DNA of 64,000 nucleotides from Patescibacteria group bacterium (GCA_041671645.1 JBAZBD010000001.1:799234-863233); one strand, 5' to 3'. Numbered from the stretch's first letter, positions 45,898 to 56,001 are shown. Notes: a model not told the origin generated them from the sequence alone. A program made the numbers and translations.

Positions 45898-47018
45898 TTT
45901 CGCAACAGCTCGATAAACAACCGTTCATAGCTATCAACCATTTTCTCGATATCAAATTTTTCTCGGGCATGATTATGAGAAGCGACGGCCATTCCTTCGT
46001 ACTCAGCGTCGCCAAGAGAATCAATTTTGCGAATCGCTTGCTCGAGACCGCCAACACCAGTCTTGGCTATCACCCTTCCTCGATCAACTTTCCCCTCTGC
46101 CGGATCAATTAAATATCCGGTTTTCCCGTCGATGATGAGTTCGGGCGCTGAGCCGTTCGCATATACAATCGCTGGCTTTCCAGCCGCCATACTTTCCGCC
46201 ATCACTAGACCGAACGCTTCTTCCACTTGCATCGGATTTACCAACGCGATACTTCCAGCCAACAATTCGCTCTTCTCCGCATCATTCACTTCGCCCACAT
46301 AAAAAATCTGCTGATTATCAATTTGCGGCTTTATTCTTTCCTCAAAATATAATTTGTCCTCGAGACGAGGATAGCCCCCTGCGATTTTCAATTGAACGCC
46401 TGCCTTCTTGGCTGCTTCAATCGCAAGATGGACACCTTTCTCCTCGGTGATACGGCCCAGAAAAACGAAATAATTACCTTTTTCAGTTGTGAACTTTATT
46501 TTTGAGAGGTCTATCCCATTGTAAACGAAATTGTGGTATTCAATGGAGTCGAATATTTCTTGTTGGTGTTTGCTAACCGTAACCAAAGAGACATTCTTCA
46601 TTTTGCTTATTTCAGTATATATCCTAGCACGGTAAGGTGGGGAACCAACAGGAGCATGGATGGTTGAGACGATTGGTTTATTTATCAGACTTGCGTGCAT
46701 GAGAAAACGCCACCCTATGTTGTCGTGGATAACATCAAAATCTTCTTGAAGCCGGACTATCTCATCTAACGCCTTATTCTTGTAATGCTCATTCAGGGCC
46801 TCAAACCCAGAGGAGCACAGTTCGGCGTCTTCTCGAATACTCTTTTCGATAACGGGTACAAGTTTGGCGCTGGTTTCTGAATTAGAAGATGCGAAAAGTG
46901 TGACGTTATGACCGCGCTTGACTAGGCCCTCGGCCAACCAAAAAGCTATTCTATTGACCCCGCCACTCTTCGAAGGAGGAACCGGATCCAATAATTCGGC
47001 CAATATCGCAATTTTCAT
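45894..47018 (-). CDS. GT4-family (GT-B, group 1) glycosyltransferase
   Basis: MKIAILAE...GG and an E-x7-E region (EEAFGLVMAESMAAGKPAI). It overlaps the ruvA start by 4 nt. Confidence 0.8.
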   Translation of the reverse strand: MKIAILAELLDPVPPSKSGGVNRIAFWLAEGLVKRGHNVTLFASSNSETSAKLVPVIEKSIREDAELCSSGFEALNEHYKNKALDEIVRLQEDFDVIHDNIGWRFLMHASLINKPIVSTIHAPVGSPPYRARIYTEISKMKNVSLVTVSKHQQEIFDSIEYHNFVYNGIDLSKIKFTTEKGNYFVFLGRITEEKGVHLAIEAAKKAGVQLKIAGGYPRLEDKLYFEERIKPQIDNQQIFYVGEVNDAEKSELLAGSIALVNPMQVEEAFGLVMAESMAAGKPAIVYANGSAPELIIDGKTGYLIDPAEGKVDRGRVIAKTGVGGLEQAIRKIDSLGDAEYEGMAVASHNHAREKFDIEKMVDSYERLFIELLRK

Positions 47019-47020
47019 TT

Positions 47021-48196
47021 TTAATTCGCAATTAATGATTTGTAGAGTTTCTCAATTTTCTTCGAAATTTCTGGCCATTGGAATTTTTCGACTGCCCGCT
47101 TGTGGCCAGCTTCGCCCAATTTTAATCTCAATTTTTCATCCGAGAGCAGACGAATAGCATATTTGGCGAAGCCGTGGATGCTATTGTAACCACTAACTAG
47201 ATACCCGTGTTCACCGTGTTGGAGCACGTATGGTACTCCCCCACATTTAGTGGCTACTACTGGGACCTTAGAATACATCGCCTCGGCCAATACGATACCG
47301 AAGGCTTCATAGATGGTTGGTGAGATCAACACTTGTGACATCCTATAGAAAGCAACTTTTTCTCGGACATTGGAAATATAGCCACAAGCAGTCACCCTCT
47401 TCTCAAGTCCGTATGAGCTTATCATCTCTTTCAGTTCAGGCGAGGTGTCTGTGTAGGCCCCAATAATTAACAGATGCGCGTCAGGGATCTTTTTGGCGAT
47501 CAGATCAAAAGCTTTGATCGATCTGTCCAAGCCCTTCCGAAGATCAGTCATCGATCCGAAAACCAGGACATATTTCTTGTTTTCAGGGATTTTGAATTTC
47601 TTCCTTACGTCTCTTCTCGGTTCCGATTCACTCACGATATTAATATCGATGCCATTTGGGATTATTCGGAGTCGATCGATATTGATCTCTGGATATTTCC
47701 GCTTCAGCAACGCCTTCTCGTAGTCGGAGACACAGATGGTAGCAGAGGAATTTCTGATGACTGGAACGGTCAGCATCCGCTCAAAATATTTTCGAATATT
47801 TTTGACTTTCTCGGTATCAAAAACGTTCCAAGGATGATAATGAGGCGTGAAAACATATGGCTTCTTCTTGCATTTGGCCGCAATGGCGCCGACCTGGGAG
47901 GATTGGCAAAGTGTGCCATGAACATGGAGCACATCAAAGTCATGCTCTAACAAATAGGATAATAGAGTTGGAAAAACGACTTGATTGGCCGGCTCATCGA
48001 GTGGATAGGCTGGCAACACTACAATTTTGACCCCTTCAAGCTTGAGCGACTTCTTGAAGCTGGCCAATTCTCCGATATCACTAGTAATGATCGTGACGCT
48101 GTGGCCCAACTTGACCAAGTTTTTTGAAATATTAAAGACGTGACGCTCCTGGCCACCACCGTAATAAAATCTTTGACAAATTTGAATAATTTTCAT
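47021..48196 (-). CDS. GT4-family (GT-B, group 1) glycosyltransferase
   Basis: MKIIQICQRFYYGGGQERHV... and YEAFGIVLAEAMYSKVPVV. It ends 2 nt upstream of the next gene. Confidence 0.8.
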   Translation of the reverse strand: MKIIQICQRFYYGGGQERHVFNISKNLVKLGHSVTIITSDIGELASFKKSLKLEGVKIVVLPAYPLDEPANQVVFPTLLSYLLEHDFDVLHVHGTLCQSSQVGAIAAKCKKKPYVFTPHYHPWNVFDTEKVKNIRKYFERMLTVPVIRNSSATICVSDYEKALLKRKYPEINIDRLRIIPNGIDINIVSESEPRRDVRKKFKIPENKKYVLVFGSMTDLRKGLDRSIKAFDLIAKKIPDAHLLIIGAYTDTSPELKEMISSYGLEKRVTACGYISNVREKVAFYRMSQVLISPTIYEAFGIVLAEAMYSKVPVVATKCGGVPYVLQHGEHGYLVSGYNSIHGFAKYAIRLLSDEKLRLKLGEAGHKRAVEKFQWPEISKKIEKLYKSLIAN

Positions 48197-48213
48197 GTTT
48201 GCTTCCCTGACTC

Positions 48214-49290
48214 CTATTTATTCTCAGTTGATGTAGTATTATTTCTAATCTTGTTAATTTCTCTCGCTCTTCTTAATACTTCTGCGGCGTAGGCGACGCT
48301 GTGCGGACCCTTACGACCCTTTTTCTCGACATAAAACAACGCATGTTCTCCTTGATTTGTCGGCACGTATTTAAAGCTACCCGCTCCAGTTACATCTTCT
48401 TTATTGACAATATCGTCTATGGCCTCATCAAGTTCTGGCTTTGACCCACCAACTTTTACTTTAGCAACTTTATCGATACTATTTTCGAACATCGGAATAT
48501 CATTTCCACTATCACCCGCTACGATCCCAGAGTCAATATCTAATTCTTCAACTAAGTAATTGATCGCGTCCGCTTTATCAAGTGCCAATAGATCCACATA
48601 GTAGAGGCTTTTGCCCCCGTCTAATTTCTGGATTTGACAAACTGAGACCCTGAATTTTGGAAATAATTCCGTGAATCTATCACGGACACTCTGCATCTTC
48701 TGAATATTACCTTCGAACTGAAGGCTAACTTTGAACTCTTGGTTCTCTAGATATGGTGCTCCGTCCAGGAACGCTTGTTCTTCGGCTGGCCACTGGAATT
48801 GTAATTTTAATTCTTGGTCGGAAGCTGACTCACCATCAATTTCTTCTTTGGCAGTCTCTACCACTTCCTTGCGGTTGAATCCTGTTGCCAACACGCGTTC
48901 TCGATATTTTGAATCCGGGACATAAAACAATTTATCTCCCTCTCGCTTTAATACCCAGATCTGTGAACCCACCGAACTACAAATCGCTTGGAAATAGGGC
49001 AGTTCTCCTTTGGCGATTCTTTCCCCCACTACCTGAATTTGATTTCCTGTATCAGCAATAATTGGGTAGTTCTCTCTCTTGGCCCCGTCAAACAGTATTT
49101 TGGTTGTTTCTGGTTCGCTCGGGAGAAAAGCTGTGTCATCAATATCGGTAAAAACCGCCACGGATTCTCCGTTGCTTTTCCTCTGGGCGTCTAGCATCGC
49201 GACCAATTCAGAATCAGTATAAGCTGACGGCGCTTCCTCGGCTGGGCTTTCTAGATCGATGCCATAGTTTACTTCGCCACGGTCTATCAT
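48214..49290 (-). CDS. HAD-IIB superfamily sugar-phosphate phosphatase-like protein
   Basis: Motif I FTDIDDTAF (DxDxT) and motif IV GDSGNDIPMF, with a long cap region. Confidence 0.7.
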   Translation of the reverse strand: MIDRGEVNYGIDLESPAEEAPSAYTDSELVAMLDAQRKSNGESVAVFTDIDDTAFLPSEPETTKILFDGAKRENYPIIADTGNQIQVVGERIAKGELPYFQAICSSVGSQIWVLKREGDKLFYVPDSKYRERVLATGFNRKEVVETAKEEIDGESASDQELKLQFQWPAEEQAFLDGAPYLENQEFKVSLQFEGNIQKMQSVRDRFTELFPKFRVSVCQIQKLDGGKSLYYVDLLALDKADAINYLVEELDIDSGIVAGDSGNDIPMFENSIDKVAKVKVGGSKPELDEAIDDIVNKEDVTGAGSFKYVPTNQGEHALFYVEKKGRKGPHSVAYAAEVLRRAREINKIRNNTTSTENK

Positions 49291-50279
49291 TTATCTTTCC
49301 CTTTTAAGTAGTGTGAGGCCTCTTCTGGCGGCATAGTATTGATGATGATTTCGCTACCCAATTCAAATCCTCCGTAGCGTGAAACCCTGGGCGCAATTTC
49401 CATGTGCCAGTGATATGAAGCTGAGTCATCAAATATGGTCGGTAGTGTATGAATATAGAAGTTTAGAGGTGGATTGTCAAGAGTTTTGTCGATCATTTGG
49501 AGCACCTTGTGGGCCGCTTCGGAGAATTCTTTCATGCTAACTTTCGAAGTCATCTCAAATTGGCTCTCATGACTCTTCGGCATTATCCAAGTTTCAAATG
49601 GAAATCGGGAGGCATAAAAGTTGAAGGCAATAAATCGGTCATTTTCATAAACAATTCTCATCTTCTCTTTCTTCTCGTGCCGAATCATGTCGCAATAGAC
49701 ACAGGTACCATTGATACCAAAATATGTATCAGAGCCGTTCAACTCTCGGCCGACCATGTTAGAGACAACTCCTGAGGCAAAAATCTGGGCATGAGGGTGA
49801 TCTATCGAAGCACCTGCCTCAGCTCCATGATTGTAAATTGGCACAATCGAAGAAATCTTCTCGTGATCCTTCATCCAGATATAACGGTCGCGGATAACTT
49901 CGAACAATTCGTCCAGTATAGCCTGCGGCATCTTGAACAGGGTCATCTCGTGCTCTTTGACGATGACGACTTCATGGTCGCCTACCGAAGCCCGAGCGCG
50001 ATAAAATCCTTCCTCGGGATAGAAGCTTCGAACGCTCTTGTGCGATTCGTCCTCAAGGAAAGCCGGAAAACGATTCTCTACAACATAGACGTGAGGAGTC
50101 TGGCATTTTCGTACTTTTTCGTTTTGTTTGTAGCCCTCGGAATCGACGCAAAAAGGACAATTCGTCTTGTCGGCTACCTTAACACTTTTGGGGATAATAA
50201 AATCACGAGGCCGTTTGGCACGCTCCGGCGCTACAACAACCCAGTCACCGGTGATAATATTTTGACGTAATTCAGGCAT
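49287..50279 (-). CDS. galT: GalT-family (HIT superfamily) hexose-1-phosphate nucleotidyltransferase
   Basis: ITGDWVVVAPERAKRP, CPFC and HPHAQIF. GGAGGGA RBS. It overlaps the HAD gene by 4 nt. Confidence 0.75.
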   Translation of the reverse strand: MPELRQNIITGDWVVVAPERAKRPRDFIIPKSVKVADKTNCPFCVDSEGYKQNEKVRKCQTPHVYVVENRFPAFLEDESHKSVRSFYPEEGFYRARASVGDHEVVIVKEHEMTLFKMPQAILDELFEVIRDRYIWMKDHEKISSIVPIYNHGAEAGASIDHPHAQIFASGVVSNMVGRELNGSDTYFGINGTCVYCDMIRHEKKEKMRIVYENDRFIAFNFYASRFPFETWIMPKSHESQFEMTSKVSMKEFSEAAHKVLQMIDKTLDNPPLNFYIHTLPTIFDDSASYHWHMEIAPRVSRYGGFELGSEIIINTMPPEEASHYLKGKDK

Positions 50280-50377
50280 GATTCCCTCCGGTCAAATGTT
50301 CAATGATCAAGTGTCAATTTTCAACTAATTTTGAAATTAAAAAAATGAAATGATCATTGATAACTGATACTTGATAA

Positions 50378-50899
50378 TTAATCGGCCTTTAGCCGATTGT
50401 TGGTTTGTGCGTGTGTAATCGCAACTGCCAGGGCGTCTGCCGCATCATCTGGCTTGGGGCAATCTTTCAGATCGCAGACGACCCGCACCATCTCCTGCAT
50501 CTGCTTCTTGTCCGCCCTGCCATACCCAGTCAGGGCTTGCTTGACCTGGAGAGGCGTATACTCGAAAACTGGCAGACCATATTTCAATCCGGTCACGACT
50601 GCCACGCCTCGCGCCTCTGCCACCGATATGACCGTAGTCGCGTTCTTGAAAAAGAACAGCTCCTCCACAGCCATTTCGTCTGGTCGGTTCTTTTCAATTA
50701 TATCACAAAGAGAGGTGTAAATATGAAGTAACCGCTTCATTTTGTCGGTCTTGGGCGGGGTAATAACACAGCCATATTTGAGCGGTTTGATCTTGTCGCC
50801 GCTCTTCTCGATCAGCCCCCAGCCAAGAATTCCGGTGCCAGGATCAATTCCTAGAATCCTGACGGATTTAGTTTTCAGTTTACAGTTTACAGTTTCCAT
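50378..50899 (-). CDS. ruvC: Crossover junction endodeoxyribonuclease RuvC
   Basis: VRILGIDPGTGILGWGLIE, AVEELFF and DAADALAVAITHA. Confidence 0.9.
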   Translation of the reverse strand: METVNCKLKTKSVRILGIDPGTGILGWGLIEKSGDKIKPLKYGCVITPPKTDKMKRLLHIYTSLCDIIEKNRPDEMAVEELFFFKNATTVISVAEARGVAVVTGLKYGLPVFEYTPLQVKQALTGYGRADKKQMQEMVRVVCDLKDCPKPDDAADALAVAITHAQTNNRLKAD

Positions 50900-50965
50900 T
50901 TATTTTTTGTAATTAAAAATTATTAATTGATAACTAATTGAAAACTGCTAACTGACAATTGCTAA

Positions 50966-51697
50966 CTATAAGTTCGCGTTGCTATATACATTGTTCACAT
51001 CATCGAGGTCGTCTAAATGATCGATAATTCTTTCGATCATTTCTTTCTTGTCATCAGCCAAATCAATATAATTGGAAGCAATTTGTACTGCCTCGGCTGA
51101 ATCAACCTTGATGCCAGCAGACTCTAAATTAACTTTGACTGAATGGATATCAGTGAAGGCGCAGGTGACAACGATCAGATTCTCTTCTTTGTCAAAATCT
51201 TCTGCCCCAGAGTCGAGAATTGCCATTTCAATATCATCGGGACTGATTGAATTTTTACTGAGATCAATAATCATCTGGCCTGTTTTCTTGAACAAATATG
51301 AGACCGAGCCGGCCGAAGCGAGAGAACCGCCATTTTTGTTCAAAACCGTTTTGATTTCCCCAAGCGCTCTGTTTTTGTTGTCAGTCAAGCATTCGATAAG
51401 GATGGCAACCCCTGCTGGACCGTATGCCTCGTACGTAATTTCTTCGAGTGCTGCGCCACCGTCAAGACCGCCAAGACCACGCTTGATCGCTCGATCAATA
51501 TTGTCCTTCGGCATCGAAACAGACTTGGCATTATCAACGGCAACTTTAAGCCCTGGGTTCATCGTCACATCGCCAGATTTGCCATCACGAGCCGCAATAG
51601 TGACCAACTTCGCCGCTTTAGTGAAAACTTTGGCCCGCTTGGCGTCGATCACGCCCTTCTTATGTTTGGTCGTCGCCCATTTACTATGTCCTGACAT
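50966..51697 (-). CDS. yebC: YebC/PmpR family DNA-binding regulator
   Basis: MSGHSKWATTKHKKG... I chose the start at ATG 51697 rather than the track's 51745. Confidence 0.9.
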   Translation of the reverse strand: MSGHSKWATTKHKKGVIDAKRAKVFTKAAKLVTIAARDGKSGDVTMNPGLKVAVDNAKSVSMPKDNIDRAIKRGLGGLDGGAALEEITYEAYGPAGVAILIECLTDNKNRALGEIKTVLNKNGGSLASAGSVSYLFKKTGQMIIDLSKNSISPDDIEMAILDSGAEDFDKEENLIVVTCAFTDIHSVKVNLESAGIKVDSAEAVQIASNYIDLADDKKEMIERIIDHLDDLDDVNNVYSNANL

Positions 51698-51803
51698 AAT
51701 TTCCTTGTCATCCCGAACTTGTTTCGGGATCTTAATTACAAACAATAGCGCCCATCTCTGGACACTATTGTTATAACAAACTTCAAACTATAAATCTATC
51801 TAG

Positions 51804-53609
51804 CTAATTGGTGAATTGGAAAGTAGAAGTGATTTTATCCTGAGTTGCCGATAGTTCGCCCGGACTGAAATGAATCCAATATACCTTGGAATTATGTTCT
51901 GCAGCTATTTGATAATATGCATCGCCGATTCCACCAGTTAAATATTTGTAGGCCTTTTCTCCATCTAATGTTGTGACGGCTATCTCTGAATTCGTAACAT
52001 CATTTCGGATAAAGCTATCTAAAGTCTTATCGTCGTTGTTAAATTTTGTAAATTCGGCAAGAGAGCTAACTGTCTGAACAATGATATTTGGTGAATAGGC
52101 TTCATTTTGCGTACCACTATTTTTTATAGCTTCATTCTTAGGAGAATTAAACGTGGCAGAGTCTGCTAAGACTCCTTTGGTCCAGTCAGCGGGGTATTTT
52201 ACAGAGTAGCCAAAAGCTGTGTCTGTATATGTCTTCCAAGTCAGAGTTTCGTCGTAAGTCAACGAATCGGCAATCAAACGAGCTGTCTCGATCTTTGCAT
52301 TTAGGTCAGAATAATCACCATTTTTAATCTTCTCCGCGATCTGTCTCGAGGATCCAACTCCGTCACATACATCTTCCTTGAGGGCAAGGCGCGCCGCCGC
52401 CGAGTCAGCAGTCATAGCCGCAGAAGATGAAGTGATACTTATTTCAATATTTGGAAATTCACTGTTAAGCGCAGTAACAACCTTCAGAGAACTACTCGGA
52501 GAACACTCACTGTTGAAATAATCGTAGACCAGCAGACTCTTATTGCTTAACTTTTTGACCATCAATACCTCCGGTATGGCTTGCGCACCGAACATGTTCG
52601 TTTGCAAATCTGCAACCGACCAAGAAGTATCTACCTTGACCTGGCTATAGGATGTATTAATTACAGGCAGTCCTTGAATATAAGCCTTTGCTTGGGCGCT
52701 TATGTCAAAAGATTTATCAGGGTCAAAATGAACAATTCCATTTTTGCCGTCAGAACTAGATATAAATTTGCCACCATATCCATCTTTTAGATTGTCGATC
52801 AGGTTAAGCTTCATGCTGGACCAATCTTGCGGATATTTAAGAGTGAATCCGACTTCTGTATTTGTATATGTCTTCCAGCCGAGGGTAGGATCAATCGCAA
52901 ATGTATTCAAAATATTCTTTTCCGTGGTGGTCAGATCGCTATCTACTTTTTTGTTCAATGAACTAATTTTATAAATATGACCGCTGCTTTCTAAAACAAT
53001 TACATATCCGCTGACATCTCCCGCTTGTGTCGCCGAATATGCGGTCTGACCAGCAAAAGTAATTTGTTTACTGTCGGAGAAACCAGATGTTTTCACATAA
53101 TCAGCAAGAGTCGCGGGCTTCGCTCCACCCAGACCGCCATAAGTGTCGCTAATACTAGCGTAGTAAGTCACCCCCATATTCGGGAAGACGGCTGCTCTTG
53201 AGGTAGGGTTTGCGACAGCATAATCATCGTTTGTTTTTTTGGTTTCTGGACTAGTTAGAGCGATAGAATTGGCGCCGAATACCGTTGCGGCATCAGCAAG
53301 CGTCCAATCAGTTGGGTATTTGATTGAATAACTAAACGCGGTGCTAGTGTATGTCTTCCAATCTGCAGTCGCGTCTACTGCTGTTGTCGTTGTGGTCGTG
53401 TCAGTCGTGGTAACCGTTGAAGCTGTGTCATCGCTTGATTTGGAGTTGATATAGCGATAGTAATAGGCGCCGGCAGCGACTACGAGAAGGAGGACGACGA
53501 GAGCCAATAATAGAATTACTTTGCTTCGTACTTTGGTCGATAGCACAAAACTTTTGTGCGATTCTGTCTTCTCCGTTTTTTGATCCATATTAATCTCTCC
53601 CTCTTTCAT
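51804..53609 (-). CDS. Membrane-anchored secreted protein with three copies of a WKTYT...KYPxDW module (601 aa)
   Basis: An N-terminal TM and a Thr-rich linker are followed by three occurrences of WKTYT[SND]T[AE][FV][SG][YF][ST][ILV]KYP[TQA]DW. Confidence 0.7.
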   Translation of the reverse strand: MKEGEINMDQKTEKTESHKSFVLSTKVRSKVILLLALVVLLLVVAAGAYYYRYINSKSSDDTASTVTTTDTTTTTTAVDATADWKTYTSTAFSYSIKYPTDWTLADAATVFGANSIALTSPETKKTNDDYAVANPTSRAAVFPNMGVTYYASISDTYGGLGGAKPATLADYVKTSGFSDSKQITFAGQTAYSATQAGDVSGYVIVLESSGHIYKISSLNKKVDSDLTTTEKNILNTFAIDPTLGWKTYTNTEVGFTLKYPQDWSSMKLNLIDNLKDGYGGKFISSSDGKNGIVHFDPDKSFDISAQAKAYIQGLPVINTSYSQVKVDTSWSVADLQTNMFGAQAIPEVLMVKKLSNKSLLVYDYFNSECSPSSSLKVVTALNSEFPNIEISITSSSAAMTADSAAARLALKEDVCDGVGSSRQIAEKIKNGDYSDLNAKIETARLIADSLTYDETLTWKTYTDTAFGYSVKYPADWTKGVLADSATFNSPKNEAIKNSGTQNEAYSPNIIVQTVSSLAEFTKFNNDDKTLDSFIRNDVTNSEIAVTTLDGEKAYKYLTGGIGDAYYQIAAEHNSKVYWIHFSPGELSATQDKITSTFQFTN

Positions 53610-53698
53610 CTTGTTCCTCTCAGTCAGTTAGTGAACACATTGATTTTAAAATTGTATCTAGCTTTTATTGTACAACAAAAATAGTTTGGACAATAGTT

Positions 53699-54559
53699 TT
53701 ATAAGCTGTTTCCAAGTTTTGATCGCGATAATTTACCCGCCTTGTCGATTTCGAAGCAGATGTCCCCGTCCTGATCGGTGCGGGAGATTTGGATATTGTG
53801 CTGATTCAGCCCATCGAGCGTTTCCTGGTTGGGATGACCGAATTGATTGTTTAGCCCATCTGAAATGACAGCAAACTCTGGATTTGCTTTATCATAGACA
53901 GAGCTTAAATAAGCATTTTTGGAGCCGTGATGGGCGACTTTGACGACTGACTCCTTGGACAAATTCGGAAGCAGATCAGACTGTCTATCCGCTTCGATGT
54001 CACCAGTAAGGAGGAAACAATTTTCTTGGGCGCAAAAATCCAAGACGAGCGAAGAGTTGTTGAGATTGTCAATTTTCTGCTTCACATATTCTCCTCCCGG
54101 ATAGAGAAAGCGAATCTGGCCAGGTGGGACTTCAATTGTTGAATCAATTTGTGGCACCGACAGGGACAGATTTTTGTCCTTCAAACTGTTCAAAAACTTT
54201 AGATATTGATCTGACTCAGCCACCACTCCAGTGCCGTAAACCTGACCAACGGTGTAGCGAGCTAAGACTTCATTGATCCCGACAATGTGATCGGCGTGTG
54301 GATGAGGAAGTATGATGAGATCGATTTTTCTGTCTTCCAGAGCCATCATTTTCGGTAATTTTTCCAAGACTTTGGCATCTGGCCCGCCGTCAATTAGTAT
54401 TTGGAAATCGCCCTTGGATATCATGGCCGCGTCTCCTTGGCCAACGTCGAAATAACAAACTTTGGTCAAGTCTGTGGCTGGAGAATTGAAAATCAGAAAG
54501 ATAAAGGAAATCGGCAGGAGCAAAGATACCATGATTATTTTTTTGGCGTGTTTTCTCAT
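53699..54559 (-). CDS. Stand-alone metallo-beta-lactamase domain protein (ComEC C-terminal domain homologue) with its own TM
   Basis: YFDVGQGDA, HPHADHIVG and VAHHGSKN. The ATG at 54559 is 2 nt after the ComEC TGA stop. Confidence 0.8.
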   Translation of the reverse strand: MRKHAKKIIMVSLLLPISFIFLIFNSPATDLTKVCYFDVGQGDAAMISKGDFQILIDGGPDAKVLEKLPKMMALEDRKIDLIILPHPHADHIVGINEVLARYTVGQVYGTGVVAESDQYLKFLNSLKDKNLSLSVPQIDSTIEVPPGQIRFLYPGGEYVKQKIDNLNNSSLVLDFCAQENCFLLTGDIEADRQSDLLPNLSKESVVKVAHHGSKNAYLSSVYDKANPEFAVISDGLNNQFGHPNQETLDGLNQHNIQISRTDQDGDICFEIDKAGKLSRSKLGNSL

Positions 54560-54561
54560 GA

Positions 54562-56001
54562 TCAAAAAGTTAGCGAAGCTAGCGGAACACGAGCTAAATA
54601 ATGAATTGCCAAGATAACGTATTCGAGCATCGGCCAGAGCAGGAGGGCAATGGCTTGAGCGAAAGGCGCCCAGATGAAGCCCAAAATTATGGCGACAAAA
54701 GTGAATAGCATGATCCAGGCCACGCTCCAGACGACCAAGAGATTGGCAATCGGCGAGATCAATGAAATTGTTCGGAAATTGTAGAAAATGATCGGAATTA
54801 CGGCGAGCTGAGCCGCCAGAGTCTCACAGGTCATCTTGGCGAAGTCAGGTGTTTCGGAACGCTTCGAGATTTTTTGATACAAATCAGAGAGCAATGGAGC
54901 GAGATATATGATACCGATGAAAGCGGCGAATGAAAGTTGGAAGCCGAGATCATAGAATAATAGATACGGATTTTGCAGCAACATAACAAGCGCAGTCAGA
55001 GTCAAAATATTGAGCTGATCAGCCCTCCGGCCGTAAGTCGTGCCGAAAAGAATCAGCATCGAGAAGATTCCGGCTCGGACAACCGAAGCGGAGCATCCGG
55101 TCGCCAAGATGAAAATGATGACGAAGATTAGTCCGGCCCAAAACGATCTCTTCTTGCCCAGAAACCCAGCAAGGACCCAGGCTAGAGCGATCGTAATGAT
55201 AGTGACGTTAAATCCCGAAAGAGCCACGATGTGAGTCAGCCCCGTTTTCTGGAGATCATCCTTCAGCCCCTGGCTCATATTGGATTGGCTGCCAAGCAAG
55301 ATTCCACTAGCGAGCGAGGCGTGTGGCTCAGGCAGGGATCGGCTGATCAGACTGGCTGATTTCTCTATTGCCAAGAAGAGCGCACCCTTAACCGTCACCC
55401 AGATAGAGCTATCCTGCCCAACGATCGTAATCTGCTCGCTCTCTAAGATGCCATAAATCCCCTTCCCTTTGAGATATCCTGGATAATCAAAATCTTCAAT
55501 TTTCTCTGGTTTGACTATTTTCCCATTAATCTCTAATTTGTCGCCATATCGATAAATCGGAAAAACTGGAGCCTTCAGAAGCAAACGAGTTTTCTTGCCT
55601 GCCTCGGCGGCAGACGGGCCATTTATATCCGCCAGTACTGTCAATTTTTGATTGGTCGCCGTCACCGCCGGTCGCTCCGCCACGACGACATTAAAGCTCG
55701 CGCTTTGGTCAAAAATGAGGCTGGGCGTGCTTTTGTAGGAAAAATATGATAAATAGAAAAGTCCAAGGGAGAAAAATAAAAAGGCAAAGGAGATCAGGAC
55801 CAGCCCCCGTAATTTAAGAAGAAAATTGATGAAAGCGGTCAGAATGAGAGCGCAAAATAGAAAAATAAACAGACGGAAATCTGCTAAATAATTGAGAGTC
55901 AGGAAATTCGCAAAAGTTAGGCCAACCAAAAATGAGATCGCAAGAACTGTGAAAAGACGAAAGGGATAAAATAAATTCTCCCACCAATCTTTGAAAAGCA
56001 T
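54562..56001 (-). CDS. comEC: ComEC/Rec2 DNA-uptake channel (DUF4131 plus competence domain, lacking the MBL domain)
   Basis: Polytopic protein with an OB-like insert. Carries TGLTHIVALSGFNV and SASVVRAG motifs. Confidence 0.8.
   Translation of the reverse strand: MLFKDWWENLFYPFRLFTVLAISFLVGLTFANFLTLNYLADFRLFIFLFCALILTAFINFLLKLRGLVLISFAFLFFSLGLFYLSYFSYKSTPSLIFDQSASFNVVVAERPAVTATNQKLTVLADINGPSAAEAGKKTRLLLKAPVFPIYRYGDKLEINGKIVKPEKIEDFDYPGYLKGKGIYGILESEQITIVGQDSSIWVTVKGALFLAIEKSASLISRSLPEPHASLASGILLGSQSNMSQGLKDDLQKTGLTHIVALSGFNVTIITIALAWVLAGFLGKKRSFWAGLIFVIIFILATGCSASVVRAGIFSMLILFGTTYGRRADQLNILTLTALVMLLQNPYLLFYDLGFQLSFAAFIGIIYLAPLLSDLYQKISKRSETPDFAKMTCETLAAQLAVIPIIFYNFRTISLISPIANLLVVWSVAWIMLFTFVAIILGFIWAPFAQAIALLLWPMLEYVILAIHYLARVPLASLTF

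Noticed and set aside
50868-50896. Heptamer repeats (CAGTTTA twice, plus degenerate copies) at the 5' end of ruvC as a possible slipped-strand phase-variation tract.
   Set aside because: There are only two perfect copies, too few for efficient slippage. It is more likely a chance feature of the short N-terminal extension (METVNCKLKTKS).
51072-51776. A 234-aa plus-strand ORF.
   Set aside because: It is fully antisense to the strongly supported yebC gene, and its translation is low-complexity (S/A/P/L-rich).
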